DNA of 64,000 bases from Moniliella sp. 'wahieum' (taxonomy: Eukaryota). Shown piece after piece: positions 26,546 to 38,841 of the stretch; the first letter of the stretch is position 1, and the number at the start of each line of letters is the position of its first letter. Below the pieces are notes generated by a model. That model worked only from the letters and a program-made list of their open reading frames with translations, was not told the DNA's origin and made no database searches. A program made the position numbers and the translations under genes. Location: assembly GCA_003971905.1 (NCBI GenBank), contig RSEE01000032.1, positions 124,001 to 188,000 on the forward strand. The letters run 5' to 3'.

Positions 26546-28886
26546 ATGGCTGCCACTCTGGCCGCGATTCGCCTACAAGGACAGCGCAAGGCGCCCCTCC
26601 TCCCCTCATCGCAGCCAACCTCGCGAATGCGCAGCACAGCGCCGCCCCCCCGTCGCCATTGCCGACGCCCAGCCCGATGCCGAGCCCAGCCTTACCGGCC
26701 CCCACCCGCCACCGGCATTGTCCCTGTCCTCCGCGCCCTCAGCCAGCTCGTCCCTGCTGCCCACCTCTTCGGCACATCCTCTGCCGAGGAGGCCGAGGTC
26801 GCCAAGTACATTGACCAGGCCGCCGTTGTGGTGGGCATGAAGTTTGTCGACGTTGCGGCGACGGCGGATGCACTGGACAACCACCTTGCTCTGCGTACCT
26901 TCCTCGTCGGCTCCACCGTGTCCGCTGCCGATGCGGCGCTTTGGTCTGCGTTCCGTCTGAACCTGCCGGCGTTGGGTGTGATCAAGAAGAACTCGTACAA
27001 GCATGTGACTCGCTGGTACAAGTTCCTCGAGTCCCTCCCTGCCTTTGCCCAGGCCCTCCAGGCCGTGCAGGCCGCCAAGAGCAACAAGGACCGCACCAAG
27101 AAGGCCGCCTCGTCCTTTGACCTCTTCCTGGGCGACCTTCCTCCCGGCTCGCAGGTCGTCACCCGGTTCCCGCCCGAGCCCTCGGGCTACCTTCACATTG
27201 GGCACGCCAAAGCTGCCATTCTCAACCAGTACTTTGCCGAAAAGTACAATGGCAAACTTCTCATCCGCTTTGACGACACCAACCCGCGTAAGGAGAAGGA
27301 GGAGTACGAGAATGCGATCATTGAGGACCTGACCTTGCTCGGCATCAATGCCGATGGCGTGCCCATCTCCCACACCTCGGACTACTTTGAGCAGATTGAG
27401 CAGGAACTGCACAAACTTGTCTTCCAAGGCGATGCGTACGCGATGACCCCGCTGGCATGGCGCTACGAGGGCATTGCGTCCAAAACCGTGACATGACGCC
27501 CGAACGGACGTGGGAGGTGTTCCAGGAGATGAAGACGGGCTCGACCGAGGGACGCAGGTGGTGTGCGAGCCAAGATGAGCGTTGACAATCCAACAAGGCG
27601 ATGCGCGACCCCGTCCTGTACCGCTGCAACGTTGACTTCCCCCACACCGTACGGGAACCAAGTACAAGGCCTACCTACGTACGACTTTGCCAACCCCATC
27701 GTTGACTCGCTTGAGGGTGTGACCCACTCGCTTCGATCCAACGAGTACCGTGACCGTAACCCACAGTACTACTGGTTCATCCAGCACCTTCACCTGCGTG
27801 ACGTGCGTATTTGGGACTATGCCCGCTTGAACTTTGTCTACACCCTGCTGTCCAAGCGTAAACTGCAATGGTTTGTGGACAATGGCTACGTTTCCGGCTG
27901 GGACGACCCGCGTTTCCCTACGGTCCGTGGGATCCGTCGTCGCGGTATGACGATCGAGTGCATTCGCCAGTTCATCCTTGCTACCGGTCCGAGTCAGCAA
28001 GTGATCAACATGGAGTGGGATGGCATTTGGTCGTTGAACAAGCGCATCATTGATCCCATTGTGCCCCGCTTTGTGGCTGTGGAGGAGAAGGGGATGGTCA
28101 AGGCCACTTGGCTGGCGTAGCGGACAAGGCGTACGAAAAGGAGATGCCGCGGCACAAGAAGAATCCCGACGTGGGCACCAAGCTCACGGTCTTTGGCCCG
28201 CACATCATCCTGGACCAGGCCGATGCCCAGGCTCTGCAGGAAGGCGAGGAGTTCACCCTGATGGATGGGGCAACGCGGTGGTTACCAAGAAACACCTTGC
28301 TTCCGATGGCTCCGTTGTTTCCCTCGACCTCCAAGCCAAGTTGGACGGTGACTTTACCAAGACGGACAAGAAGATCACCTGGCTTTCTACCGACCAGGTC
28401 TCTGCCTCTCGCCCGCTGTCCCGGTCTGCTGCAGGAATTTGACTACCTTATCACCAAGAAGAAGCTCGACGAGGACGATGCGTTTGGTGACTACCTCACT
28501 CCCCAGACTGAGTTTGACTCGACTGCCCTGGCCGCCGCCGACGTGGCGACGCTCAAGCAAGGTGACCATGTGCAATTTGAGCGCAAGGGCTACTACATTC
28601 TGGACCAGGTTCAAGGTCCGGGGGGCAAACGCGTGTTCATCAAGGTGCCCGATGGCAAGGCGGGCTGCCGTCGCCTCGAAGCATGCGCCGGCACCTACCG
28701 TGTCCAAGGCGGCCATCAAGAAGGACAAGGCGGCGCAGAAGCAGGTTGGGCCGCAACCAGCCAGGGTACCCACGCTGCTGCCCAGTCGGCCGCTACGGTG
28801 GACTGCATGTACAAGTGCCCGTCCTAACCGACAACATGAACACCGACGTTCAGACCGACATGTACCCGCTCAAGCCCATTGTCTAA
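26546..28886 (+). CDS. GUS1: Cytosolic glutamyl-tRNA synthetase with N-terminal GST-like domain
   Basis: [71 protein letters not shown]. Confidence 0.97.
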
Positions 28887-28994
28887 CCGGGTCGCCAAGG
28901 GGGCACAGGAGGATTGATTGAATGGTACTTGGGCCTTGTTTTTCTTTCGATTTCGGATCGTAGTTGGTTGGGTTCTTTACAGTTACAATTACAG

Positions 28995-30560
28995 TTACAG
29001 TTTGGTCTCGTCGGGGTATGGGAAGGCGGCTTGGCGGTCGGTGCGGATGTGGAGGGAGCAGCCCAAGGCGCTGGGTGCCAACCCCGGGGCGAGGCGCGGG
29101 CGCGGCCGAGCCAAACAAACGTAGCTGAAGCAGGTGGCAGACGCGAGGGGACGGCCGAACGGCCCTGAGGACCGGAACGAGTAGAGGAATTGAGTGCCCA
29201 AGGGGCCGCAGTCCCGGCGAAGGCCTAGTAGCTGCCAACAGCGGTGGTCCCCCATGTTGTCGGCCGGGGCGACAAGGGATGCGATTGCGCATGGGGTCGT
29301 CGCGCCTCGTGTGCTGCTCCGGCCGCTGGGGCGGTTAGGTCCAGGCCAAGGGAAGGCATGCTGACCAAAGAGAAAGTGTTGGACAACGGGGCTTACCCAG
29401 CACTTCGGCCGTCCACATCTTGCGCATCCCCATGTACATCTTGTTCCACGAGTGGACTGTGCCGGATAAGTCCCACAGCAGGGGGCTGTGCTCGTTAAGG
29501 CCCGCTCTTCAGGACATGGATCCTGGCCCCAGCATTTTGGCCCAAGGTGGACCGGACGTTGGGTCGGTCAGGTTCAGCGCGGAGCTGGGCACAAACGACG
29601 GAGCTGTTCGGGTGGCACGGTGGACCTAGGTCGCTTGTGCTTCTCTGGCCTGCCACTGCCGGTGGCTGGTGCATCGCCAGGGGGATATGGGGGCTCGTAC
29701 CCGCTCTCCTGCCCAGTCAACGGGCGGCGCCCAGAATGTAAGGAACAAAACAAAATCGTCCAGTCCCCAAGCGCCATGCGAACCGGCTGGTTCGAGACGG
29801 TACACGTCTTGTAACGTCCACACCAGGCGGAGGTAGAGCGGGGAACAAGTAGAGCCCCACCAGCCGGTCCATCTCACCTACGGCCACGGGAACATCGTTC
29901 GCCTTCCCCTCTGGTTGTGCCATCTCGCCCCAGAGGCCCAAACGAGCAAGGAAGGTGAGGTAGGCAACGAACGCAAGCTCATGGCCCGTTCCATAGTCCA
30001 GACGCACAAACGAACCCAGGCTCGCGACCAGATACGGCGCCAGTTCAGGCACAAACCCATGGAGCGAGTAGGAAGCAGGTTGCGGTGCAGCTGGGCCGTA
30101 TGCTGCTCCGCGTACCGCCCATAGTCGCGGAAAGCCAAGTTACCGAACCGCTGGGCGTCCGTGCGCGGCGGGAAGTCATCAATCCAGCCGCGCAAGGTGT
30201 GGAGGATGGTGGCCACGGCTTGTACCGACGCAGGCAGCTGCTGCTCCTGCGCAGGGGTCAGAAAAGCGTGGGGTTGCCCCACTGCAGCGGCACTGATGCG
30301 CGAAAGGAAGCGCTGGAGTTGGGCGATGCCAGGAGAGTGGAGGAAGAGGGGCAGATCGGCCTCGTCCCAGACCCGGGTGGTGGGGGGGACGCCAGGGGCG
30401 CAGAAGGCGGCAGGGGCGCAATGAGTGCAACAGGCAGCTCTGTGGCGGACAGGGGCGAGTGCGCGGAGCCATGGTGGCGAGCGGAGGCGGGAGAGGCGGG
30501 AGCGGTGGTGGCGGTGGCGGTGCTGAGGGATGTGCTGAGGATGGGCGTCGTGGACGCCAT
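28995..30560 (-). CDS. PP2A phosphatase activator (PTPA, Rrd1/Rrd2 family)
   Basis: QRFGNLAFR; SFVRLDYGTGHELAF; YRLEPAGSHGAWGLDDF. Confidence 0.92.
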
Positions 30561-30723
30561 GCCATGATGCGTGCTGCCCATGCTGGGCGTGGGCAGTGCG
30601 GGGTCGGCCGGGCAGCGCGCCACCCAGGCGAAAAAACAAATGGAAAAGAAATTAAATCCCCCTGGCTGGCTGGCGTTCCGCGTCGGCGGCGGCCTTCTGC
30701 ACCCAGCAACCGACCACCACACC

Positions 30724-31178
30724 ATGGCTCCCGACGTAGCCTCTGCCCTGGCCAGCACCACCGCTGCGCACGGCGTCACCGAGCCATTCGGGCTGATCCG
30801 TCTGGCACTGAGCGAGCGCGTGTTCATCAAGCTACGCGGCGACCGCGAGCTGACGGGCCTGCTGCACGCCTACGACGGGCACATGAACATGATCCTCGGC
30901 GACGTGCGCGAAACGATCTACACGGTCAACCCGACCGACGGATCGGTGCAGGTGCGTGCCATGCATCCTCTGCCCTCACCTTCTTCCCCCTCCTTCCTGC
31001 CCACTGACCCTTTTGCTTGCGCCTAGACTGTATCGCGTGCTAGCCCAATGCTTTGTTCGCGGCGACGCGTAATTATGGTACGCTCTCTTCCCGTTCCTCT
31101 GCCCAGCAGTCCCTCCACAGAGCATGGCAGCATACTACACTACCGTTTTCTTCTAGGTCGCCTCAGTCGAGGGTTTAG
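30724..31178 (+). CDS. LSM3: U6 snRNA-associated Sm-like protein LSm3
   Basis: [52 protein letters not shown]. Two introns. Confidence 0.93.
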
Positions 31179-31187
31179 GCAGTCGCG

Positions 31188-32336
31188 TCACGTATCAATT
31201 TCCCTATCGGACCCCAGACGCGTACAAGTAGACTGGGCTAGGTGGTTAAAACAGATCGGCCCCCTTGCCACTGCCAGATGGTACCGAGGGAAGTGCCACA
31301 GCTGCATGTCAGGTGGCCTGGTGGAACTGACGCTCCCGTTCGTCAGCCTCGTCCTTGGGAAGGGAGAGACCGTCATCGAGGCTGTCTGCTTCAGAGGCCA
31401 GTTGGCCCCCAGCGTCCCGTGCCGCATCGAGAATCAGGCGTGTGAGGCTTGGCAAGAAAAGGCACGCAGTCAGTTGACAGAGGGTTGCAACGCGAGGGAG
31501 AGGAAAGGAAAGACGCACTCCGTTCGGCTTGTCGGCGTGCCAGCCATTTCGTGCGCAGAACTGAAGCGAGGGGCCTAGGTCGTTGGCCTGCTCGGGGGTC
31601 AAGCTTGGCAGGTGGTCGAGGTGAGCTTGCTTTTGGGTCAACTGGGCGCGCAAAGCGTCACGCTGCAGAGATAGATCAGTACGTTGGGATCTTTGTTGCA
31701 GTCCACAAGAAGGGAAAGACAAACTTTGCTTTCCGCCAAGGCAATCTGGGTCGGCATGTCTTCACTGGTGGGGGGGCCAGTAGGGCACTCGTCTCTGCTC
31801 CTCGCCAGTGAACCAGTCAGCTTCGTCCTCCGGACGCAAGGCAAGACGGGGGCGAGAGAGCAGAGGAAGCGCACCAGCCTGGATTGTGCGGATTTGGCGT
31901 TGAACCTGTTCCAAATCAGCCTTGTGGGCTTTGGTGGCTGTCTTGAGTTGGGCCATCTGTGCCTCGTCCAAAACGGGGAGGGAGGTTTGGGTAGGAACAA
32001 AGAGAATGCTCTTGCCTGAATGCCCGGTCAGCGTGGTAGCCCCGCAGGCCTGGACAAACGCCCCAGCGCAGAGAGGTTCAGCGGCACGGATAACACACCA
32101 TACTCCTTCTTGCTCAGACAGCCGTTGTCTGCCAGGGTGATGAGGGCGCGCATGACGGCTGTCTTGGCCACGGTGCCATGGAGGTTGAGATGCACATCGT
32201 TGGCGGTGTAAGGCCGGTTCTGGGCGCGCATGTATGCCAGCACAGTCTCCTCGGCTGGACCTGGTCAGCAAGAGGCGGCGTGCATGTGAATGAGCGTACC
32301 GGCGGCAGGGGTGGCCTCGGGCATTGCTTTGGGCAT
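31188..32336 (-). CDS. HOP2: Meiotic pairing protein Hop2/TBPIP
   Basis: VLAYMRAQNRPYTANDVHLNLHGTVAKTAVMRAL..KKEYG|KSILFV winged-helix N-terminus, followed by a coiled coil. Several introns. Confidence 0.82.
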
Positions 32337-32588
32337 GGTGGTGGGGTGGGGGCGGCGGGTGGGAGCGCGGGGTGCATATAACCATGTACAGCGTAGCCCA
32401 GCACACGTGACCGGAGTGGATGTGTTTTGAAACGGGCAGCACCCACCAGCCCCACTCTGCTGGACGCACCGCGCCGCTGAGGCGACGCAGCGAGCAGCCG
32501 AGGCTGCGCCCATCGCCCGCTCGCCCGCCCTTCCCGCGCCCTTCACTCGGCATCCCATCCTGTCTGGCGGCCATCCCGCCGAGCTTCC

Positions 32589-34942
32589 ATGTCGTCTCCC
32601 CTCGCGCCCCGCACCACCTCCTCCTCCTGGGCCGCGACCCGCCCGCCCGCCGCCGACTCCACGAGCACGCCTCCATCGATGTCCTCCGCACCGCCAGCAC
32701 CCCCCGCCGCGACTTGTCCAGCCTGTCGCCCCACCTCCGCTCCCAGCAGACGCTCCCACGCCTCCCCTCCGCTGCCGGCGTCGACAATGCGCCTGCCACC
32801 CCACCATGCCTTCCCACTCCCACCGCCTCGCCTCTGCCACCCGCCCCCGACGCTCCGCGAGCCTGGCCAGTCTCTCGGCCCTGACCTCGACCCCGCCGCC
32901 GCCGGCACGCCGCCTCTTGTCCTCACCCCTGCCAAGGCACGCAAGCCTGTGCGCGCCAGACATCGGCTGCGCGTTCCCTGGCTCGAAAGCCCCGAGGGCG
33001 CGATCATGTTTGTCGCACTTGGTCTGCGTCTGCTGCTCCTGCCCTCGTACCATTCGACCGACATGGAAGTGCATCGCAACTGGCTTGCCATTACCCACAC
33101 CTTGCCCCTCAGCGAATGGTATTTCGACCAAGGCTCGGAATGGACGTTGGACTACCCTCCCTTTTTCGCCTGGTTTCAATGGCTCCTGGCCCAACCCGCG
33201 CGCCTCCTCTGCCCTGAGCTGCTGCGACTGGACAACCTCAACTATGCAGCGTGGCCTGCCAAAGTCTACCTTCGCTCCACCGTCATCGTATCGGAGCTGG
33301 TGTACGTGGCAGCGGTGTGGGCCTTGGCTCGACCTCCTTCCCCTTCCGCTGAACCAGATGGACTGGACGACCCCGACCCTGTCCCCGCGGCCGCGGGCAG
33401 CAACGGCAGCGGTACCGGTATTTTGATCCAGAACCAGATCGTGCAAGAAACGCGATGGACCGCCGAGGAGCAACGGGGCATTCGTCTCGTTCTCTTTGCC
33501 AGTTTGCTTCTTCATCCAGGATTGTTGTTTGTCGATCACATTCATTTCCAGTACAATGGGTTCCTGTTTGGCATTCTCTTCTGGTCCTTTTGGGCTGCGC
33601 GCCAGGTACGTGGTTGTGAGTCCCCTATGTGGGTGTTGACTTGCTCGCTGACCTTGTGTTGAAAACTTCTCCACAGCGCCGCCCCCTTCTGTGCGCCTTT
33701 CTGTTTTCGAGTCTGCTTAACTTTAAACACATTTACCTCTACATGGCCCCTGCGTACTTTATTCTTGCTGCGGTCTTACGTCGTGCCCGTCGGGTCGAGC
33801 CTGCGCTCCTTTGCCGGTGTAGCCGAACGGTTGGTGATCGTGGCCTTTTTTACCTTGCTCCCTGTCGTGCTCTCCTTGGTGCCTTTGGCACTCAGTGGGA
33901 TGACCAAGGATGGTAACCCGTACCCCTATCACAGTCCGGTGGAGGAAATCCAACAACTGCTTTCTCGCATGTTTCCCTTTGGACGCGGTCTGACCCATGC
34001 GTACTGGGCTCCCAACGTGTGGGCATGGTACACTGCCCTGGACCGGGTACTGCTCACGCTCTTCCGAACGGTGCCTTCCTTGGCCGAGGTTGCGATCGCC
34101 AGAGTACCACTTCTAGGCGCGCACGTAGCCAGCGCCAAGGAACGCGGGTTCATCCTCCCTGCCGCCAGTCGTGGGCTCGTGGGCGATGTGGCGTTCGGCG
34201 TGTTGCCCAACGTGACTCCGCGAGCATGTGTGCTCCTGACGCTGGCCGTGTCCTTACCTGCGCTGGGGATGCTCGCGCGGCGGCCGACATACCTCTCCTT
34301 TATCCATACTGTCGTTCTTTGTGCTGGCGCCTCGTTCGCCCTGGGCTGGCATGTGCACGAAAAGGCGGTTCTGCTACTTACCTTGCCGGCTACCTACCTT
34401 GCCCCCCTGAGCAGCGAGCATGCCGCTGTCTTCACCACCTTGGCTACCGCAGGTACAGTAAGCCTGCTCCCGCTTCTGATCCGCGGTACCGAGGCCGGCG
34501 CCGCGCTGGCCTTGGCTTCGCTCTGGTTGCTGTTGGAAGGGGTAGCCTTGCGTCGGTACACCGCCACCAACTTGCTCGTGTCCAATGTACGCATGGTCCT
34601 CGTCGCTGTCAGGCGCACTTATTTGATCGGCTTGATTCCTGTCGCGCTCTATGGCCAGCTGCTCCACTCGTTTGTGTGGGGGATCGTCTTCCTTTTTTGC
34701 CCTTGCTGCTCATCTCGATTTACACGGCCATCGGCGTCTTGGGCTCCTATCTCACTCTCTATTGGCTCTTTCTCACTGGCGTCGGCGAACCAGTGAGGAG
34801 TACGCCAGACAAGGGGACTACTGCAACCACTGTCACTGGTCCAATTCCTTTTCCCACTCCCTCTTCTTCTTCCCCCCACGTTGCTTCCAACCCTTCCCCC
34901 TTAGCCTCCCCGGCCAAGCCGTCGCTCTCCCCGGCTTCCTAA
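32589..34942 (+). CDS. ALG8: Dolichyl-P-Glc alpha-1,3-glucosyltransferase Alg8
   Basis: YHSTDMEVHRNWLAITH; SEWTLDYPPFFAWF; DHIHFQYNGFLFG; RMFPFGRGLTHAYWAPNVW; GWHVHEKA. Confidence 0.94.
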
Positions 34943-35465
34943 GCTACTTTGCGCGTCCCATCCCATGCATCACACATGATCCATGCCATGGCAAAGTGTC
35001 TAGCTGGGCAAGCCTGGTACATACAGTCTGTATGCAGCAGTAGCCCCGCCTCACTGTGGGCCATGCTCGGTGGGTCGAGCCGCGTGCGCTAGGGAAACTT
35101 GCATCGGGTAGCAGCGATCGGTAGCAGAACATGATTTCCCTGGCGAATGGATTCGCTACCTGCTAATCCAATCGCCAATCTAATCGCGAGTCATGGACCA
35201 CGAATCCCTTGGGTCTAGGCCTCAGTACTGAGTAACAGCCGCTAAGTACTGATGCATGCCAGTGGGGTGCCGAACTCCATACGAAGATACATTACGCGAG
35301 AGGGATTCCCCCAGACAACTCTACTGGTAGACAGTACGATGGGCTGCAGGAGGCGCGGGAGGTGGGAGAAGGGAGATGGGAGACGGGGGATGGGAGATGG
35401 GAGACGGGGGATGGGAAAGAACCAAGGAGAAGATTCGGGTGCTGTTTCCGGGAAAGCGCGGCAGC

Positions 35466-36815
35466 CTACAGGTTGGCCTTTTGATTGTCCGCGTCGATAA
35501 AGGCAAGGGTAGCTGAAGCCGACTGGAGTGAGAAAAGGGGGCGGGGGAGAATCAAAACGTTAGCCTGATGTGCGGGGCCGGAAAACAAACAACAAACAAA
35601 CAAGAAGGATTACGGAGGAAGAGGGCGAGGAATCAACTAAACCTACCTCTTTCGGCTTCACGCCTACGCTCTGCAGCGCCAGTTTACCCTCGGTGTCCAC
35701 CACAAAATGCGAGCGTAACGTCTTGCTGCGTTCGCCAGTCAAGGGACCAATCAGGACCCGCTTCGGGTCCGAGATGAGTGGGTAGGGGAACGCTTGCTTG
35801 GCCTTCCAATTGGCCAGGGCATTGGGCGAATCGGCCGACAAGCCAAACACTTTCCACCCAGCCTGCGCAAATTGAGCATACGAGTCACGGTAGCATTGAC
35901 CTTGGGTGGTGCAGCCAGGCGTGTTGGCCTTGGGGTAGGTAAACACGACGGACCGTTTCAGGTCGGATGGCACCGCCACCTCGGTGCCGGCATCGGTCGT
36001 GAGGGTCAGTTCGGGCAACGTGTCGCCCACACTGAGAAGCGAGGGAACCGAAGACGGTGGTGCAGGTGAGACGCTCTTCGTGTCTGCAGTAGGCTGGTGG
36101 TTCGGCGGTAGAGTCTGCAGTAGGCTCGGTGGTAGGCTCGGTCGCTGGCGCTGCTTTCTCTTCCTTATTTTCACTCGCCGAGTGAATGAAGGCCAGTGTG
36201 GCTTCAGCACTCTGCCAAGAATCCCCCGGTCAGCTCCTCTCGTTCGCCTCCCTCCTCTTCTCTCTCCTTGGTACGAAATCAAAAACGTACCTCCTTCGGC
36301 TTGACTCCTACGCTGCTCAGCGCCAACTTGCCCTCCCCATCCACGACAAAATGCGAGCGGAGCGTCTTGCTCTTCTCGCCCGTCAAGGCCGCAATTAGGG
36401 TGCGATCCGGGTCCGAGATAAGCGGGTAAGGGAACGCTTGCTTGACCTTCCAATTGGTCAGGGCCGTGGGCGAATCGGCCGACAAGCCAAACACTTTCCA
36501 CCCAGCCTGCTCAAATTGAGCATACGAGTCACGGTAGCATTGGCCTTGGGTGGTGCAGCCGGGCGTGTTGGCTTTGGGATAGGTAAAGAGCACCGCCTTG
36601 CTCACGTCGGTGGGGATGTGGATGGGCTCGTTGGCATCCGAGGTGAGGGTGAGGGCAGGCAGGACGGCGCCAAGCGCAAGAGGTGCAGGGGGAGGCCGAT
36701 TCGGCGCGCGGTTTCTTGGGGGCGGCGGGGTTGTGGTGGCCGGGGCGGGGGCTTCGGGCGGGGCAGGCCGCTTGGCCTGGGAAGCAATGCGGGCGGAGGT
36801 GCGGCGTTCAGACAT
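35466..36815 (-). CDS. BCP/PrxQ (Dot5-like) peroxiredoxin with two tandem Prx domains
   Basis: Basic N-terminus MSERRTSARIASQAKR. Two copies of FTYPKANTPGCTTQGQCYRD..FGLSADSP..PYPLISDP..RSHFVVD, each followed by an intron after VKPKE. Ends SASATLAFIDADNQKANL-TAG. Confidence 0.88.
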
Positions 36816-37488
36816 GGCCGTGGGTGGTGGGGGGGCAAGCAAGAAGGGTGGGCTGCCGGAGGCTGGGGGGGCGAAGGTTTATACCATCTATGCCGGCCCA
36901 ACGTCCAACACCCGTCGACGGCGTGATACAACTGGGCGACAAACCCATTGTTGCAACCCTATCCCTCCCGCCCCGCCGCCGCACGTGCCAGCCAGACTAT
37001 GGGGCCTAGGAATATGACGTGCATATGACGCCGTCGCGTCAACACCCCCAGGGTTGTGTCCCAAGCGGCCCGGGCCAGCCTCTGCTCCATCTAAGCCTCT
37101 CTTTCTCTTGAAGCACACCTACCACCATGCCACCCCACCCCACCCTGATCAGAACGCGAGGTTTGCCCTTGCGCGCGCGACGTCTCGCCGCCTCTCTTCA
37201 TATTTTTCCCCTTTCCTCCATTGGCCGTCAGCGTGTGTGAACACGCCGATGTCATCCTTTCAGCCTGAGACGCAGGGTATTTGTACTGCAACACAAACCT
37301 CTTTCTACAGTCCACTCATGCACTCACGACTCGTGGATACGGATTTCAGCAGTAGGTGCGTCTTGGTATAGATTTTTCCTGGGGAGCTGTTTTGGGTGAT
37401 GGCCTTGAAGGAGGCGGTCGTCGAGGCAAAAGTGCTTTTTGGGGGGGAGGGCAAGGGAAATAAAGCCGACGTAATGGGGCATGCATCC

Positions 37489-38519
37489 TTACCAGGTGCT
37501 CATCTGCCGCGCTGCCCACTCAACCGTGGCAAACGAGGCGGCATTGACAAAGGGGGCACGAATCATAGTGGGCACCAATCCACGAACAAAGCCTTTGGGA
37601 CCGGCTTCACGCCAAATGGCGCGAGCGCAGTCCAGCATGCCATGATACTTACGTTCGCTGGACTTGACCGCATCGGTTTGCATTCGGCTCTTGATAACGC
37701 TGACAGAAGAGGGGAAAAAAGAGGTGAGTATCATGCGCAGGGTAAGTCAAACGTTGCAAGTCGAGCCACGTACTCCAATGGGTATACACTCAACCAGAGG
37801 GTCGCACCCGCCGCACCGCCGTACAGCATGGCGGAGGCAGAAGACAACTGGGAGCGGGGGCGGGAGCCCAGTTCGTTGCGGACCAACACTTCGTACGTCC
37901 AAAAGTAGACACCGAGGCCATGCGCTTCACGCAGCACGCTAGGAACAAATCCATGCATCACCCCGCGCAAGCCCCCGGCTGCCCAAATTTGCCGCAAGGC
38001 ATCCCACGGGCCCGCATAGGACTTGTGCAGGGAGCCTTGCGCCTGCAAGCGAATGCGCACATGTTCCATCGGCGAGGCCACCACCGAATTCGCTACCCCA
38101 GCCACCAACCCCGAAAGGTAGAGTTGTCCGCCTGTAAGAGCCTTCGCGTCATGAGCATTGACCGGCGTCTTGCCGCCCAGGTCTAGGCGAGTAAATAGAC
38201 GCTTCATCTCTTCCACGACCCCGAACTGGATCGACACGCACACACCGGCACCCAAAAGTGGGGTGAGGGAGCCTTTGTAGAACGCCAAAGGGCCTTCCTT
38301 GATGAGGATTTGTTTGGCACAATCCAGGACGCCTGGGGACGAGGGTTAATAGGGAATGAGATAATCGAAAGAGGCGGGGGGGGGCGTACCTTTGTAAGTG
38401 CCTTCGGGCGCAGTTTGGAGACGGACCTTGACAATGTCAAAAGGCTGGCCAACAAACACTTGAGAGATGCCACCGGCGGTGCCGGAAAGCACATCTTTGA
38501 CTGGCTGCGAGACTCCCAT
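37489..38519 (-). CDS. Mitochondrial carrier family protein (Ymc1/carnitine carrier-like)
   Basis: Three PxDxxKxR-type motifs: QPFDIVKVRLQ, SPMEHVRIRLQ, YPL..VIKSRMQ. Also FYKGSLTPLLG. Confidence 0.93.
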
Positions 38520-38841
38520 GGCCTAGGTTCTGGTCGTCAAGAGGGAAGAAGAGAGCGGAGGGGAGGGAAGTCGTGTCTGGAGGTGGGCTGGATGGAGGAA
38601 GGAGGCGGATATAAGTGTTTGCTCCAGCCGGCACGATAAGAAGAACGCGGGATTTTACGATGACTCAACCAACCACAAAGGGAAGGCAAAACCACAAAAT
38701 ACTTTGAACATTTTATTCCTGCCGCGGCGGAATGAGGCCATGCGGAATGAACAACCTGGCCGCTTGCAGCTGGGTTGTCCGCTCCTTACTGCCGCAAGTG
38801 GGCAAAAAATTCGCTTTGACACCCTCTCTGCCACCGCCATC

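Noticed and set aside
35360..35420. GGGAGATGGGAGACGGGGGAT duplicate as a mobile-element end
   Set aside because: Short simple duplication with no terminal inverted repeats, target-site duplication or transposase.
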